Positions 1 through 7,901 of a stretch of DNA of 11,349 nt are shown in pieces. The notes beneath the pieces were generated by a model that saw only the letters and a program-made list of their open reading frames with translations, had not been told where the DNA came from and did no database searches. Each line of letters opens with the position of its first letter. Position 1 is the stretch's first letter. The stretch is from Candidatus Pacearchaeota archaeon (GTDB lineage Archaea; Nanobdellota; Nanobdellia; Pacearchaeales; GW2011-AR1), in contig JAGVXK010000004.1 in NCBI GenBank assembly GCA_018303825.1, positions 1 through 11,349 of the forward strand, in the 5' to 3' direction. Both the position numbers and the translations under genes were made by a program.

Positions 1-25
1 CGGAAAAGCCGCAATCAACATATTT

Positions 26-250
26 TTAATTAACCTCCTTGTTATTTAAAATGTGTTTCTTTTTATCTTTCCTATGCAACTTAGCTTCTTTGTCATCTCC
101 AGCAATTTCTATGCTTTTTATTTCCTTTGTATAATATGCTGCTCTTTCATAATTTTTATCTGTCAAAGCCCGCTCAAATTTCTCTTCATAAATCTCTTTT
201 TGCTTTTCCAATGAGTCTATTCCTTTTTTAAGTCTTTTTTCTCTTTTCAA
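26..250 (-). CDS. Small charged helical protein (74 aa), UVR-like helical hairpin; putative partner of the upstream nucleotidyltransferase
   Basis: TTG start at 250 lies 8 nt after a GAGGT SD-like motif (263-259, minus strand) and overlaps the 3' end of the nucleotidyltransferase gene by 23 nt. The segment EKFERALTDKNYERAAYYTKEI resembles the UvrB/C (UVR) motif. Confidence 0.65.
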   Translation of the reverse strand: MKREKRLKKGIDSLEKQKEIYEEKFERALTDKNYERAAYYTKEIKSIEIAGDDKEAKLHRKDKKKHILNNKEVN

Positions 251-1022
251 ATTTGTTTACCTCTTTTTCCAAAGCATCTACTAATTTCCTTGCAACATCT
301 AATGAAACAGATGTTTTAACCTTTTTGTCATCTCTGACTTCCTTATACATTGAATAAGCTGTTTCAAACTTCTCATCTGAAAGCATGGCTTTTAATTTAA
401 GCCATCTTAAAAATCCAGATTTGGAATGTCTTTTTTTATCAAGATAACACTTGATTATGTAAACTCCTCTCAATCTGAGAATTACCGAGTAAATAACCCC
501 CGAATGTAAAATTTCATTACTTTTCTTTGAATCTAATTCAATTAATTCTTTATGTTTTTTTATCATTTTTCCAGTCTCCCTTAAATATGGTAAAAAATCC
601 TTTCCGACAAAAGGCAGTCTTCTTATTTTTTCTAAAAGAGAGCCATTGAGAATTGTTTTTGCCTCAGTCATGCTCGGCATAATCGTAATCGGATATCTTA
701 AGAGCATATTTTGTAGTCCGGACATTGTTAAAATCTGAATATTATACTTGCCGAGCTTAATAATTTTTTGAATTTTATTCGCGATGGCTATTATATCTAT
801 ATCAGAGTCCTCTTCCTGTTCCCCTCTTGCATAACTTCCAACTAAGTAAATCCCGATTATCTCTTCTAAATAGGGGTCTAGAATCTTCATAACCTCTTTT
901 TTAATGTTTAATGGCTTAGTTATCAATTCTACCCGAGCCATTCCATTAAGCCATTCTCTCGGGACAAGTATGCCTGCGCTATTCCCCCATTTCCTTACTT
1001 CTAAAATTTGCTCACTCTTCAT
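228..1022 (-). CDS. AbrB/SpoVT-like N-terminus fused to a minimal (Pol-beta-like) nucleotidyltransferase domain and a helical C-terminal domain
   Basis: VRKWGNSAGILVP is AbrB-like. GSYARGEQEEDSDIDII is the GS...DxD nucleotidyltransferase signature. The start was moved from the track's GTG at 1043 to ATG at 1022, because the TATA box (1051-1044) abuts 1043 and lies 21 nt from 1022. Confidence 0.85.
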   Translation of the reverse strand: MKSEQILEVRKWGNSAGILVPREWLNGMARVELITKPLNIKKEVMKILDPYLEEIIGIYLVGSYARGEQEEDSDIDIIAIANKIQKIIKLGKYNIQILTMSGLQNMLLRYPITIMPSMTEAKTILNGSLLEKIRRLPFVGKDFLPYLRETGKMIKKHKELIELDSKKSNEILHSGVIYSVILRLRGVYIIKCYLDKKRHSKSGFLRWLKLKAMLSDEKFETAYSMYKEVRDDKKVKTSVSLDVARKLVDALEKEVNKFEKRKKT

Positions 1023-1054
1023 GTTTATACAATGTTTAAACACTATTTAAAGCT
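1021..1054 (-). promoter_or_regulatory. TATA promoter (AGCTTTAAATA) followed by tandem 11-bp near-palindromic boxes (putative operator)
   Basis: The minus strand reads AGCTTTAAATA at 1054-1044. The plus strand reads ATGTTTATACA (1021-1031) and ATGTTTAAACA (1032-1042). TGTTTAAACA (1033-1042) is a perfect palindrome. Confidence 0.6.
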
Positions 1055-1246
1055 TTTCTAATAACCCGATTTACAGATGATTGCAGAAGATGTGTCCCAT
1101 AATCTGCATATACAAAAATGATAAAATATATTGACAGAACTTAGTACTATGAAATATATTCGATAAATAAGATAACAATGTTGGTTAAAATCAAATATAA
1201 TTATTAACTTCTTTTAGGTTATAACCCATAAAAAGATCTGCAAGAT

Positions 1247-1257
1247 AGCTTTTTATA
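1247..1257 (+). promoter_or_regulatory. Archaeal TATA promoter of the dehydrogenase-pfkB operon
   Basis: AGCTTTTTATA ends 23 nt before GTG 1281. The identical 11-mer occurs upstream of the 3563 ORF. Confidence 0.55.
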
Positions 1258-1280
1258 TCTCATTTTACTAACTTAAAGAG

Positions 1281-2303
1281 GTGAAACTGGAACAAAAAGA
1301 GAAAATGAAAATAGCCTTCTTTGAAATTCATGATTGGGAAATAGAAATATTAAAAGCAATATTCAGAGAAGAAGAACTGCTTTTCTTCAAAGAAGAATTA
1401 AATAACGAAAATGCCGGAAAAGCAAAAAACTGCGAAATTATTTCAATCTTTATTTATTCAAAAATAGATAAGGGGGTTCTTTCCAAACTACCAAATCTTA
1501 AATTCCTTGCAACAAGATCAATGGGATTTGACCATATTGACTTAAAGAAATGCAAGAAAAGAAAGATAAAAGTAGCAACAGCGCCGCATTATGGAGATAA
1601 TTCTGTTGCAGAGCATACTTTTGGACTTATCCTGGCTCTGTCAAGAAACATTCACAAGGCCTATTTGCGCACTGTGAATAAAAACTATTCAATTGAAGGA
1701 TTAAAAGGCTTTGACATAAAAGGAAAAACACTCGGAGTGATAGGTGTAGGGAGAATAGGCTCTCATGTAGTAAAAATAGCCTCTGGCTTCGAGATGAATA
1801 TATTGGCAAATGACCACCACCCAAACAAGGAAATAAAGAGAAAATGCAAATATGTCTCCTTAGACTATTTATTAAAGAACTCAGATATTATCACTTTGCA
1901 TGTTCCCTACAACAAGGAAAATCACCATTTAATTAATGCAAAAACGATTGAAAAAATGAAAACGGGAGCGATTTTAATTAACACTTCAAGAGGCCCAATT
2001 GTAGACACAAAAGCCGTTGTCGCTGCTCTCAAGTCGGGCAAGCTTTCCGGACTTGGAATAGATGTTCTGGAAGGAGAAGAATTAATCAAAGAAGAAAAAG
2101 AGCTTCTTCATGATATAAAGAAACTTGACTTAAAAAAAATGAGGCAACTTGCAACAGACCATGATTTATTAGGCAATGAAAAGGTTGTCTTTACCCCCCA
2201 TATAGCATTTTATTCAGAAGAAGCCGTCCAAAGAATCCTTGAAGTAACAATGCAAAACATAATAGCATTTATAAAAAATAAACCTGTAAACCTAATAGCA
2301 TAA
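1281..2303 (+). CDS. D-isomer-specific 2-hydroxyacid dehydrogenase (D-lactate dehydrogenase-like)
   Basis: Motifs TRSMGFDHID, GVIGVGRIG (Rossmann), LHVP, INTSRG, GIDVLEGEE and FTPHIAFYS (catalytic His). Alternative start at ATG 1305. Confidence 0.92.
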   Translation: MKLEQKEKMKIAFFEIHDWEIEILKAIFREEELLFFKEELNNENAGKAKNCEIISIFIYSKIDKGVLSKLPNLKFLATRSMGFDHIDLKKCKKRKIKVATAPHYGDNSVAEHTFGLILALSRNIHKAYLRTVNKNYSIEGLKGFDIKGKTLGVIGVGRIGSHVVKIASGFEMNILANDHHPNKEIKRKCKYVSLDYLLKNSDIITLHVPYNKENHHLINAKTIEKMKTGAILINTSRGPIVDTKAVVAALKSGKLSGLGIDVLEGEELIKEEKELLHDIKKLDLKKMRQLATDHDLLGNEKVVFTPHIAFYSEEAVQRILEVTMQNIIAFIKNKPVNLIA

Positions 2304-2304
2304 A

Positions 2305-3222
2305 ATGTACGATATAATAACAATTGGGAGCGCAAGAGTTGATGTAATAGTAAAAACTAAAGGCCCTATCAAAAAAATTGAGAATAAAAAGCACCACGAC
2401 ATAGCCCACCATTTAGGAGAAAAATTACTCATAGAAGACTTGTTGTTTACAACAAGCGGCGGAGGAACAAATTCTGCAATAGCTTTCTCAAGATTAGGAT
2501 TAAAAACGGCTTTCGTAGGATGCATTGCCAACGATATGAATGGGGAATTTGTTGCCAAAGAACTAAAAAAAGAAAATGTTGAATTCCTTGGCAAGGTCAA
2601 ACAAGGCCAAACAGGCTATTCAGTCATCATTCCAGGAAGAAATGAAAGCACAATACTAAGATATAAGGGAGTAAACAATTCTCTCTTGTTTCAGGATATT
2701 CATTTTCCATTGGAAACAAAATGGCTCTATATTTCATCTCTCCCAGAAGAAAGCTTTGAAGCAATAGAAAAAATTGCCCTAGAAGGAAAGAAACAGGGAA
2801 TCAAAATAGCATTAAACATCGGAGAGTATCTGGCAAAACAAGGATTAAACAAATTGAAAAGGATTCTAAAAATAGTTGATATTTTTATTTTAAACAAGGA
2901 AGAAGCAGCAATTTTGACAGATAAAGCAAGGTTAAAGCAAATGCTGGAAACTCTTGCTGAACATACAAATGCGGTAATTGTAATAACCAATGAAGAAGAT
3001 GCAATCTCTGCCTTGTCTGGAAAAATAATTTACACAAAGCATATAGCAAAGATAAATCCAATAGATAAAACTGGAGCGGGAGACGCGTTTGCCTCCGGTT
3101 TTGTATATGGTATGATGGCTGGAAAAGGCGTTGAAACTTCTTTAAACTTCGGGCACAAACAAGCCCTTTCAGTAATCTCCAGTCTGGGTGCAAAAAGCAA
3201 TCTTCTCAGAGAATTAAAATAG
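2305..3222 (+). CDS. PfkB/ribokinase-family carbohydrate kinase
   Basis: Motifs GGGTNSAIAFSRLG, NKEE (NxxE) and DKTGAGDAFASGF (anion hole and catalytic Asp). Starts 1 nt after the dehydrogenase stop. Substrate cannot be determined from sequence. Confidence 0.92.
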   Translation: MYDIITIGSARVDVIVKTKGPIKKIENKKHHDIAHHLGEKLLIEDLLFTTSGGGTNSAIAFSRLGLKTAFVGCIANDMNGEFVAKELKKENVEFLGKVKQGQTGYSVIIPGRNESTILRYKGVNNSLLFQDIHFPLETKWLYISSLPEESFEAIEKIALEGKKQGIKIALNIGEYLAKQGLNKLKRILKIVDIFILNKEEAAILTDKARLKQMLETLAEHTNAVIVITNEEDAISALSGKIIYTKHIAKINPIDKTGAGDAFASGFVYGMMAGKGVETSLNFGHKQALSVISSLGAKSNLLRELK

Positions 3223-3341
3223 CAGGTGTCTCTAATAATACATATTAATTAACAAAAATTAACTAATTAGCATATTTACTGCTAATCTGCTATAGAAATA
3301 AATGAAATGCAAACTTGTTTTTTAGACTCGCCCTAAAATAG

Positions 3342-3563
3342 CTATTCTTCCTTCCCTTCCTGTCTATCTTTCAGAAGAGCCCTATAAGCAAGACATCCTG
3401 CCGCAGCAACAACGACTGCCGCTGCAACAGCAGTTATCCAAATGGTTACAACTTCCTCAAGCGTGGATGGTCTCTCTCCTAGCCGGTGTCCGCACCCACA
3501 ACTCCGACTATAACCAGATGCCCCATCACTGCTTCCTCTTCTAGGACCCTTATAACCTGCCAT
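3342..3563 (-). CDS. Hypothetical single-pass membrane microprotein (73 aa)
   Basis: Hydrophobic stretch VVTIWITAVAAAVVVAAAGCLAY followed by a charged tail. AGCTTTTTATA TATA box at 3595-3585, 21 nt before the ATG. Confidence 0.6.
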   Translation of the reverse strand: MAGYKGPRRGSSDGASGYSRSCGCGHRLGERPSTLEEVVTIWITAVAAAVVVAAAGCLAYRALLKDRQEGKEE

Positions 3564-3584
3564 TCGTTAGAATAGCCCTTCTAC

Positions 3585-3595
3585 TATAAAAAGCT
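3585..3595 (-). promoter_or_regulatory. TATA promoter of the 73-aa ORF
   Basis: The plus strand reads TATAAAAAGCT, i.e. AGCTTTTTATA on the minus strand, identical to the box at 1247-1257. Confidence 0.5.
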
Positions 3596-3777
3596 ATTGT
3601 TGGCCAAGAAGCTTCTGTTAAGCCAGCGGGCGATAAATCTTAGAATAACAACAATAAACTATTAAAGTTCATTTAAAATATTGTCATGGAATACCCACGA
3701 GAAAATTAGCACCTTTTAATATAACAAAACCACCCAAGAACAACAATCATTAAAAGTATTTTCTTAGTGTTATTTTT

Positions 3778-4188
3778 ATGAATATCAATTCTGATTTAAT
3801 AGACATGCTTTACTTTCTCTTGGAGAATTCTCCAAATAAAAGAGAGATAGATAATGTTAATGTTTCTGGAATGACAGTCAGGTTGGATATTGAAGGGCCA
3901 ATTTCTGCAGATGATAGACTTGTTCCTGCTGGAACTCTTGAAATCATATACTACAAGCAAAAGCACATTGCAAGAAATTCAATAGGAGTCAAGGAATTTG
4001 GCAAAGCATATAGAGTTTTTGAAGCCCTTGAACTTCTTCCAAATGAAAAAACATCTGAAATAACTCTCGAAAGACAGCTAAAAAATGGCAAAAAGGAAAA
4101 TTATTACATAGATACATTTGAAAAAGGCGATTGGAAAGATATGATAGCCAAAGAATGTGAAAAAAGAGGCTATATATTCTTGAGATAA
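3778..4188 (+). CDS. Hypothetical protein (136 aa)
   Basis: Unopposed ORF with ATG start and globular-looking composition; no family recognised. Confidence 0.7.
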   Translation: MNINSDLIDMLYFLLENSPNKREIDNVNVSGMTVRLDIEGPISADDRLVPAGTLEIIYYKQKHIARNSIGVKEFGKAYRVFEALELLPNEKTSEITLERQLKNGKKENYYIDTFEKGDWKDMIAKECEKRGYIFLR

Positions 4189-4282
4189 CTTTTTGATAGT
4201 TCTTTACTCCAAATCTAAAAGTTCGTGTTAATGAAGCTTATTTATTCGGTTTTGATAAAAATATCGTCGATAGACATCAAAG

Positions 4283-4290
4283 TTTAAATA
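4283..4290 (+). promoter_or_regulatory. TATA box upstream of gap-pgk
   Basis: TTTAAATA preceded by AAAG, 35 nt before ATG 4326. Confidence 0.45.
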
Positions 4291-4325
4291 CAAGTAATGC
4301 CAATAAATCTCTATATTGTACCAAA

Positions 4326-5423
4326 ATGGCAAAAAAGAGAAAGAGGTCTGCCAAAAACAAAGTCAAAAATATCAAAAAAGGCAAAAAAGAGCCAAAAGCT
4401 TCAAGGCAGGAGAAGCCGGAGAGGTTTAAAGTAGCAATAAATGGCTTTGGCAGAATAGGAAAACAGTTCTTTCTTGCATGTATAAAGCAAAATGTCCCTT
4501 TTGACTTTGTTATAAACCACTCATCGGACATTGAATATATTGTTTATTTGCTGAAATATGACTCTGTCCACGCCGCCCCAACAGAAAAAGTGTTGCATGA
4601 CGGAAAACATCTCTATTTTGGAGACAAGAAAATAAGAGTTTACAGCGAATTAGACCCAGAAAAACTTCCCTGGAAAAATGAAAAAGTAGATTTAGTAGTA
4701 GAATGTACTGGAATGTTCACAAACAGGCATGAAGCGGAGAAGCACATAAAGGCAGGAGCAAAAAAGGTTCTCATTTCTGCTCCAGCAAAAGGCAATGATA
4801 TCACAATAGTCCCGAGAGTAAATGACTCCTCTCTTTTGCCAGAGCACACAATCATTTCCGCTGGAAGCTGCACAACCAATTGCGTTGCTCCGATGATGAA
4901 GATTCTAAATGACAATTTTGTTATAAAAAATTCTTTTTTCATAACAACTCATGCCTATACAGCCACACAAAGACTGATAGATGGAATTGATAAAAAAGAC
5001 CTAAGAAGGGGAAGGGCTGCCGCAAATGAAATTGTTCCCAGCACGAGTGGAGCAAGTCAATCAGTGACAGAAGCTCTCCCAGAATTAAAAGGCAAGCTAG
5101 ATGGATATGCATTAAGAGTTCCTGTTGTAGATGGCAGCATCAGTTCAATAATAGCAGAAGTAGAAAAGAAAACAAATCCAAAAACAATAAATGAATTATT
5201 TAAGAAACTTGCAGAAACAAAATATAAGGGAATAGTTGAATATACAAGTGATCCTATTGTTTCCGCAGACATAATAGGAAATCCAAGTTCAGTTATATTT
5301 GACTCTGGATTAACAAGTGTTAATGGCAACTTAATCAGCATCGCAGGATGGTATGACAATGAAATAGGCTATTCTCACAGGCTTGTTGACGTAGCAAAAC
5401 TCATTCTTTCCAAAACAGAATAG
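4326..5423 (+). CDS. gap: Class I (bacterial/eukaryotic-type) glyceraldehyde-3-phosphate dehydrogenase with a basic N-terminal extension
   Basis: Motifs INGFGRIG, LLKYDSVH, VVECTG, SAGSCTTNC (catalytic Cys), HAYTATQ, RRGRAA, LRVPV and WYDNE.GYS. Confidence 0.96.
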   Translation: MAKKRKRSAKNKVKNIKKGKKEPKASRQEKPERFKVAINGFGRIGKQFFLACIKQNVPFDFVINHSSDIEYIVYLLKYDSVHAAPTEKVLHDGKHLYFGDKKIRVYSELDPEKLPWKNEKVDLVVECTGMFTNRHEAEKHIKAGAKKVLISAPAKGNDITIVPRVNDSSLLPEHTIISAGSCTTNCVAPMMKILNDNFVIKNSFFITTHAYTATQRLIDGIDKKDLRRGRAAANEIVPSTSGASQSVTEALPELKGKLDGYALRVPVVDGSISSIIAEVEKKTNPKTINELFKKLAETKYKGIVEYTSDPIVSADIIGNPSSVIFDSGLTSVNGNLISIAGWYDNEIGYSHRLVDVAKLILSKTE

Positions 5424-5469
5424 TTAGATATTTAACCTTATTTTTATCATTAATGAAAAGAGAACTAAG

Positions 5470-6687
5470 ATGAAAATAAAAACAATAGAGGATTTTGATG
5501 TAAAAGACAAGCTTGTCCTGTTAAGAATAGATATTAACAGCCCAATTATAAAAAATAAAGTCTTGGACAATCCCAGATTTAAAGAGGCAAGTGATACAAT
5601 AAAATATCTTCTTGAAAATAAAGCCAAGGTTATTATTCTTGCCCACCAGGGAAGAAAAAATGAAAAAGATTATCTTGAAAGCCTTGCACAGCATGCAGAA
5701 ATCCTTTCTAAATACGTCGGAAAAACAATAAAATATGAAAATGCTTTATTTGAAGACAAAGCCCTTGAAGCAATTGACAAATTGGAAATGGGAGAAGCCC
5801 TGTTAATGAAAAATGTAAGGGCATATGATGATGAAACAATTATAGAAAATAGCAGATTTTATTCATTCTCGGCTTTGTTCGATTTATATGTAAATGATGC
5901 CTTTTCTGTCAGTCATAGAAGCCAGGGAAGCATTGTCATTCCCCCTCAAATCATAGAAAGTTGCATTGGATTAGGTTTCGAAAAAGAACTGAATGCCTTA
6001 GAACATCTCAATTTGGAAAAAATAAAAGATAAAAAAGCAGTTTATCTTATTGGGGGAGAGAAAGTAGCAGATTATCTGCCAATTTTTAATGTTTTGAAAA
6101 ATAAAAACGCCAAGATACTTGCCTCTGGAGTTCTTGCCAATCTATTTTTGATTGCAAATGGCAAAGACCTTGGCTATGAAAATCTTTGGACGCGGGAGAA
6201 AGGATATGACAAGCTAATTCCAGCGCTAAAAAAAATATTCAATAACCATAAGGAACAAGTTCTCCTTCCAATTGATTTTGCAGTAGGAGATAAAAACATA
6301 GAAAAAGCGAGAAGAAAAGAGATTCTTATCAGTGATTTCCCTGTAGAAGAAAAGATTTGGGATGTGGGATATAAAACAACCGAATTTTATATATATAAAA
6401 TTCAAAAGTCTGACATTATTTTCATGAAAGGCCCACTCGGATACTCTGAAATTGAAGATTTCTCATACTCCACAGTTGAAATCCTAAATCTAATATCAAA
6501 ACTAGCCAAGGCAAAAAAGGTCTTCTCACTTCTCGGTGGGGGGCATCTAACCACAACAATAGAAAAGTACAAAATTCCAAATCATTTCACACATATATCG
6601 ACTTCGGGCGGAGCATTGATTGCGTTTATCTCGGGAGAAACCCTTCCAGGCATAGAGGCAATTGAAAAAGGCATAAAAAAACAATAA
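5470..6687 (+). CDS. pgk: Phosphoglycerate kinase, archaeal-like
   Basis: Motifs LLRIDINSP, LAHQGR, NVR, YVNDAFSVSHR, KGPLG, LGGGH and ISTSGGA...LPGIEA. GGGH and DINSP are typical of archaeal PGKs. Confidence 0.95.
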   Translation: MKIKTIEDFDVKDKLVLLRIDINSPIIKNKVLDNPRFKEASDTIKYLLENKAKVIILAHQGRKNEKDYLESLAQHAEILSKYVGKTIKYENALFEDKALEAIDKLEMGEALLMKNVRAYDDETIIENSRFYSFSALFDLYVNDAFSVSHRSQGSIVIPPQIIESCIGLGFEKELNALEHLNLEKIKDKKAVYLIGGEKVADYLPIFNVLKNKNAKILASGVLANLFLIANGKDLGYENLWTREKGYDKLIPALKKIFNNHKEQVLLPIDFAVGDKNIEKARRKEILISDFPVEEKIWDVGYKTTEFYIYKIQKSDIIFMKGPLGYSEIEDFSYSTVEILNLISKLAKAKKVFSLLGGGHLTTTIEKYKIPNHFTHISTSGGALIAFISGETLPGIEAIEKGIKKQ

Positions 6688-6865
6688 ATGCCCTCTTTCC
6701 AAAGTTTTTTTGATAAAAAAATGCTTTTTAAAGTTTATGAATTTATAATAAAGATTTTTATTTCTTAGGCTATTAATAAACCCCTTTCTTAGTTATATTA
6801 ACTAAATAACCTAAACGGCTACGGGGGTGAGAAAAAGAAAAAATAAAATCAACCTTTTTTGCACG

Positions 6866-6887
6866 AGGCGAGGGCAAAACCTCGCCT
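6866..6887. terminator. GC-rich hairpin between convergent pgk and rpe (possible terminator or 3'-stabilising stem)
   Basis: AGGCGAGG-GCAAAA-CCTCGCCT forms a perfect 8-bp stem 6 nt from the rpe stop, followed by a T-rich tract on the plus strand. Confidence 0.45.
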
Positions 6888-6893
6888 TTATTT

Positions 6894-7544
6894 TTATATC
6901 GACTTCATTAAATCATTAAGCTCTTTTATGGCTTTCTTCGGATTCTTGCCATTGAAAACAAAGCTTCCTGAATTAAGATAATCTGCTCCATATAAGCCAA
7001 GTTTAGTCACATCATTTGGATTAACTCCCCCATCAACCTGCACTTTCAAATTCTTGTCAATCCCCTTCAATTCTCTTATCTTCCTATATGTTCTTGCAAT
7101 CAAGGGCTGGTGCTCTTTTCCAGGATGAACCCCAAAAAGCAAAATCCCGTCAAACTCGCTTACAAATCCGGATATCTTGGCTATTGATGTTTCAGGATTC
7201 AGAGCAAGCCAGGCTTCCATTCCCAGGTTCTTTATTTCACTAGCCAAGGAGATGCATTTCAATATGTTCCAATAAGATTCGTAATGAAATATTATTTTCT
7301 TTGCTCCTTTATCCTTCAAGATTTTAATCATCTTTTCCGGGCTTTTAACCATTAGATGAACCTCAAAAATATTCTTTAATTTCTTTAAATCCGGAATATC
7401 ATTGATATCGATTGATTTTGCCTTGACAAACTTCCCATCCATTATATCTATCTGTATTTTCTCAGAAACTTTAATCAATTCTTTGAATCTTCTGTCAAAT
7501 TCTTTCCTATTTGTAGCAAAAACAGTGGGAATTATTCGATTCAT
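6894..7544 (-). CDS. rpe: Ribulose-phosphate 3-epimerase
   Basis: Motifs QIDIMDGKFV, EVHLMV, LALNPET, VHPG, QVDGGVN and GADYLNSGSFVF. Confidence 0.9.
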   Translation of the reverse strand: MNRIIPTVFATNRKEFDRRFKELIKVSEKIQIDIMDGKFVKAKSIDINDIPDLKKLKNIFEVHLMVKSPEKMIKILKDKGAKKIIFHYESYWNILKCISLASEIKNLGMEAWLALNPETSIAKISGFVSEFDGILLFGVHPGKEHQPLIARTYRKIRELKGIDKNLKVQVDGGVNPNDVTKLGLYGADYLNSGSFVFNGKNPKKAIKELNDLMKSI

Positions 7545-7552
7545 TCTTATTT

Positions 7553-7900
7553 CTACCTCTTTTTATAACCAAACATCTTATCATATTTGGGATGATCTGT
7601 GATTGTTAATATAAAAACGAAAATCTCTATTCTATTTCCTTCCAGGGTATAAAGCATTCTCCAATAATTAGATAACTCCGCACGATATAAATTGTTTATA
7701 CCTTCTTTTTTAAGTTCCTCAGGAATTAAATCCTTTTTTACAGGATCCCCGTATTGGGGATTTTCCTTTAAGATCGTAATCATTCTTTCTATTGATCTTA
7801 TTAACTGTAAAGATTCTCTATCAGTTCTTTTTTTTAATTCCAAAAAACTTTCTAACGCCTGACCCTTTAATAATACCCTCACCTCTTTTCCGAGAAACAT
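7553..7900 (-). CDS. RelE/ParE-fold-like protein, putative type II toxin
   Basis: 115 aa with the pattern LKENPQYGD...NLYRAELSNYWRMLYTL...ILTITDHPKYDKMFGY, which is RelE-superfamily-like. Starts 1 nt after a small wHTH-like gene. Confidence 0.7.
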   Translation of the reverse strand: MFLGKEVRVLLKGQALESFLELKKRTDRESLQLIRSIERMITILKENPQYGDPVKKDLIPEELKKEGINNLYRAELSNYWRMLYTLEGNRIEIFVFILTITDHPKYDKMFGYKKR

Positions 7901-7901
7901 T

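Noticed and set aside
2305-3222. PfkB as a phosphoribulokinase substitute, making the cluster a Calvin-like cycle
   Set aside because: No RuBisCO, PRK or transketolase is in the window and PfkB specificity cannot be read from sequence, so carbon fixation is unsupported.
3244-3286. AT-rich inverted repeats between pfkB and the 73-aa ORF (ATTAGCA-N7-TGCTAAT)
   Set aside because: 7-bp AT-rich arms are plausible by chance at this base composition.
4326-5423. gap as erythrose-4-phosphate dehydrogenase (Epd)
   Set aside because: HAYTATQ and RRGRAA are GAPDH-type rather than the Epd-type HSAMNDQ, and it is paired with pgk.
6688-6777. 29-codon ORF (MPSFQSFFDKKMLFKVYEF...) starting right after the pgk stop
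   Set aside because: It runs through low-complexity T/A tracts that look like an oligo-T terminator region; too short and no supporting motif.
6760-6836. Possible structured RNA (ACCCCT/GGGGGT pairing, TTAGTTA-TAT-TAACTAA hairpin) and an orphan SD-like GGGGGTGA
   Set aside because: Pairings are short and AT-rich, no start codon follows the SD-like motif, and no RNA family is recognisable; covariation data would be needed.
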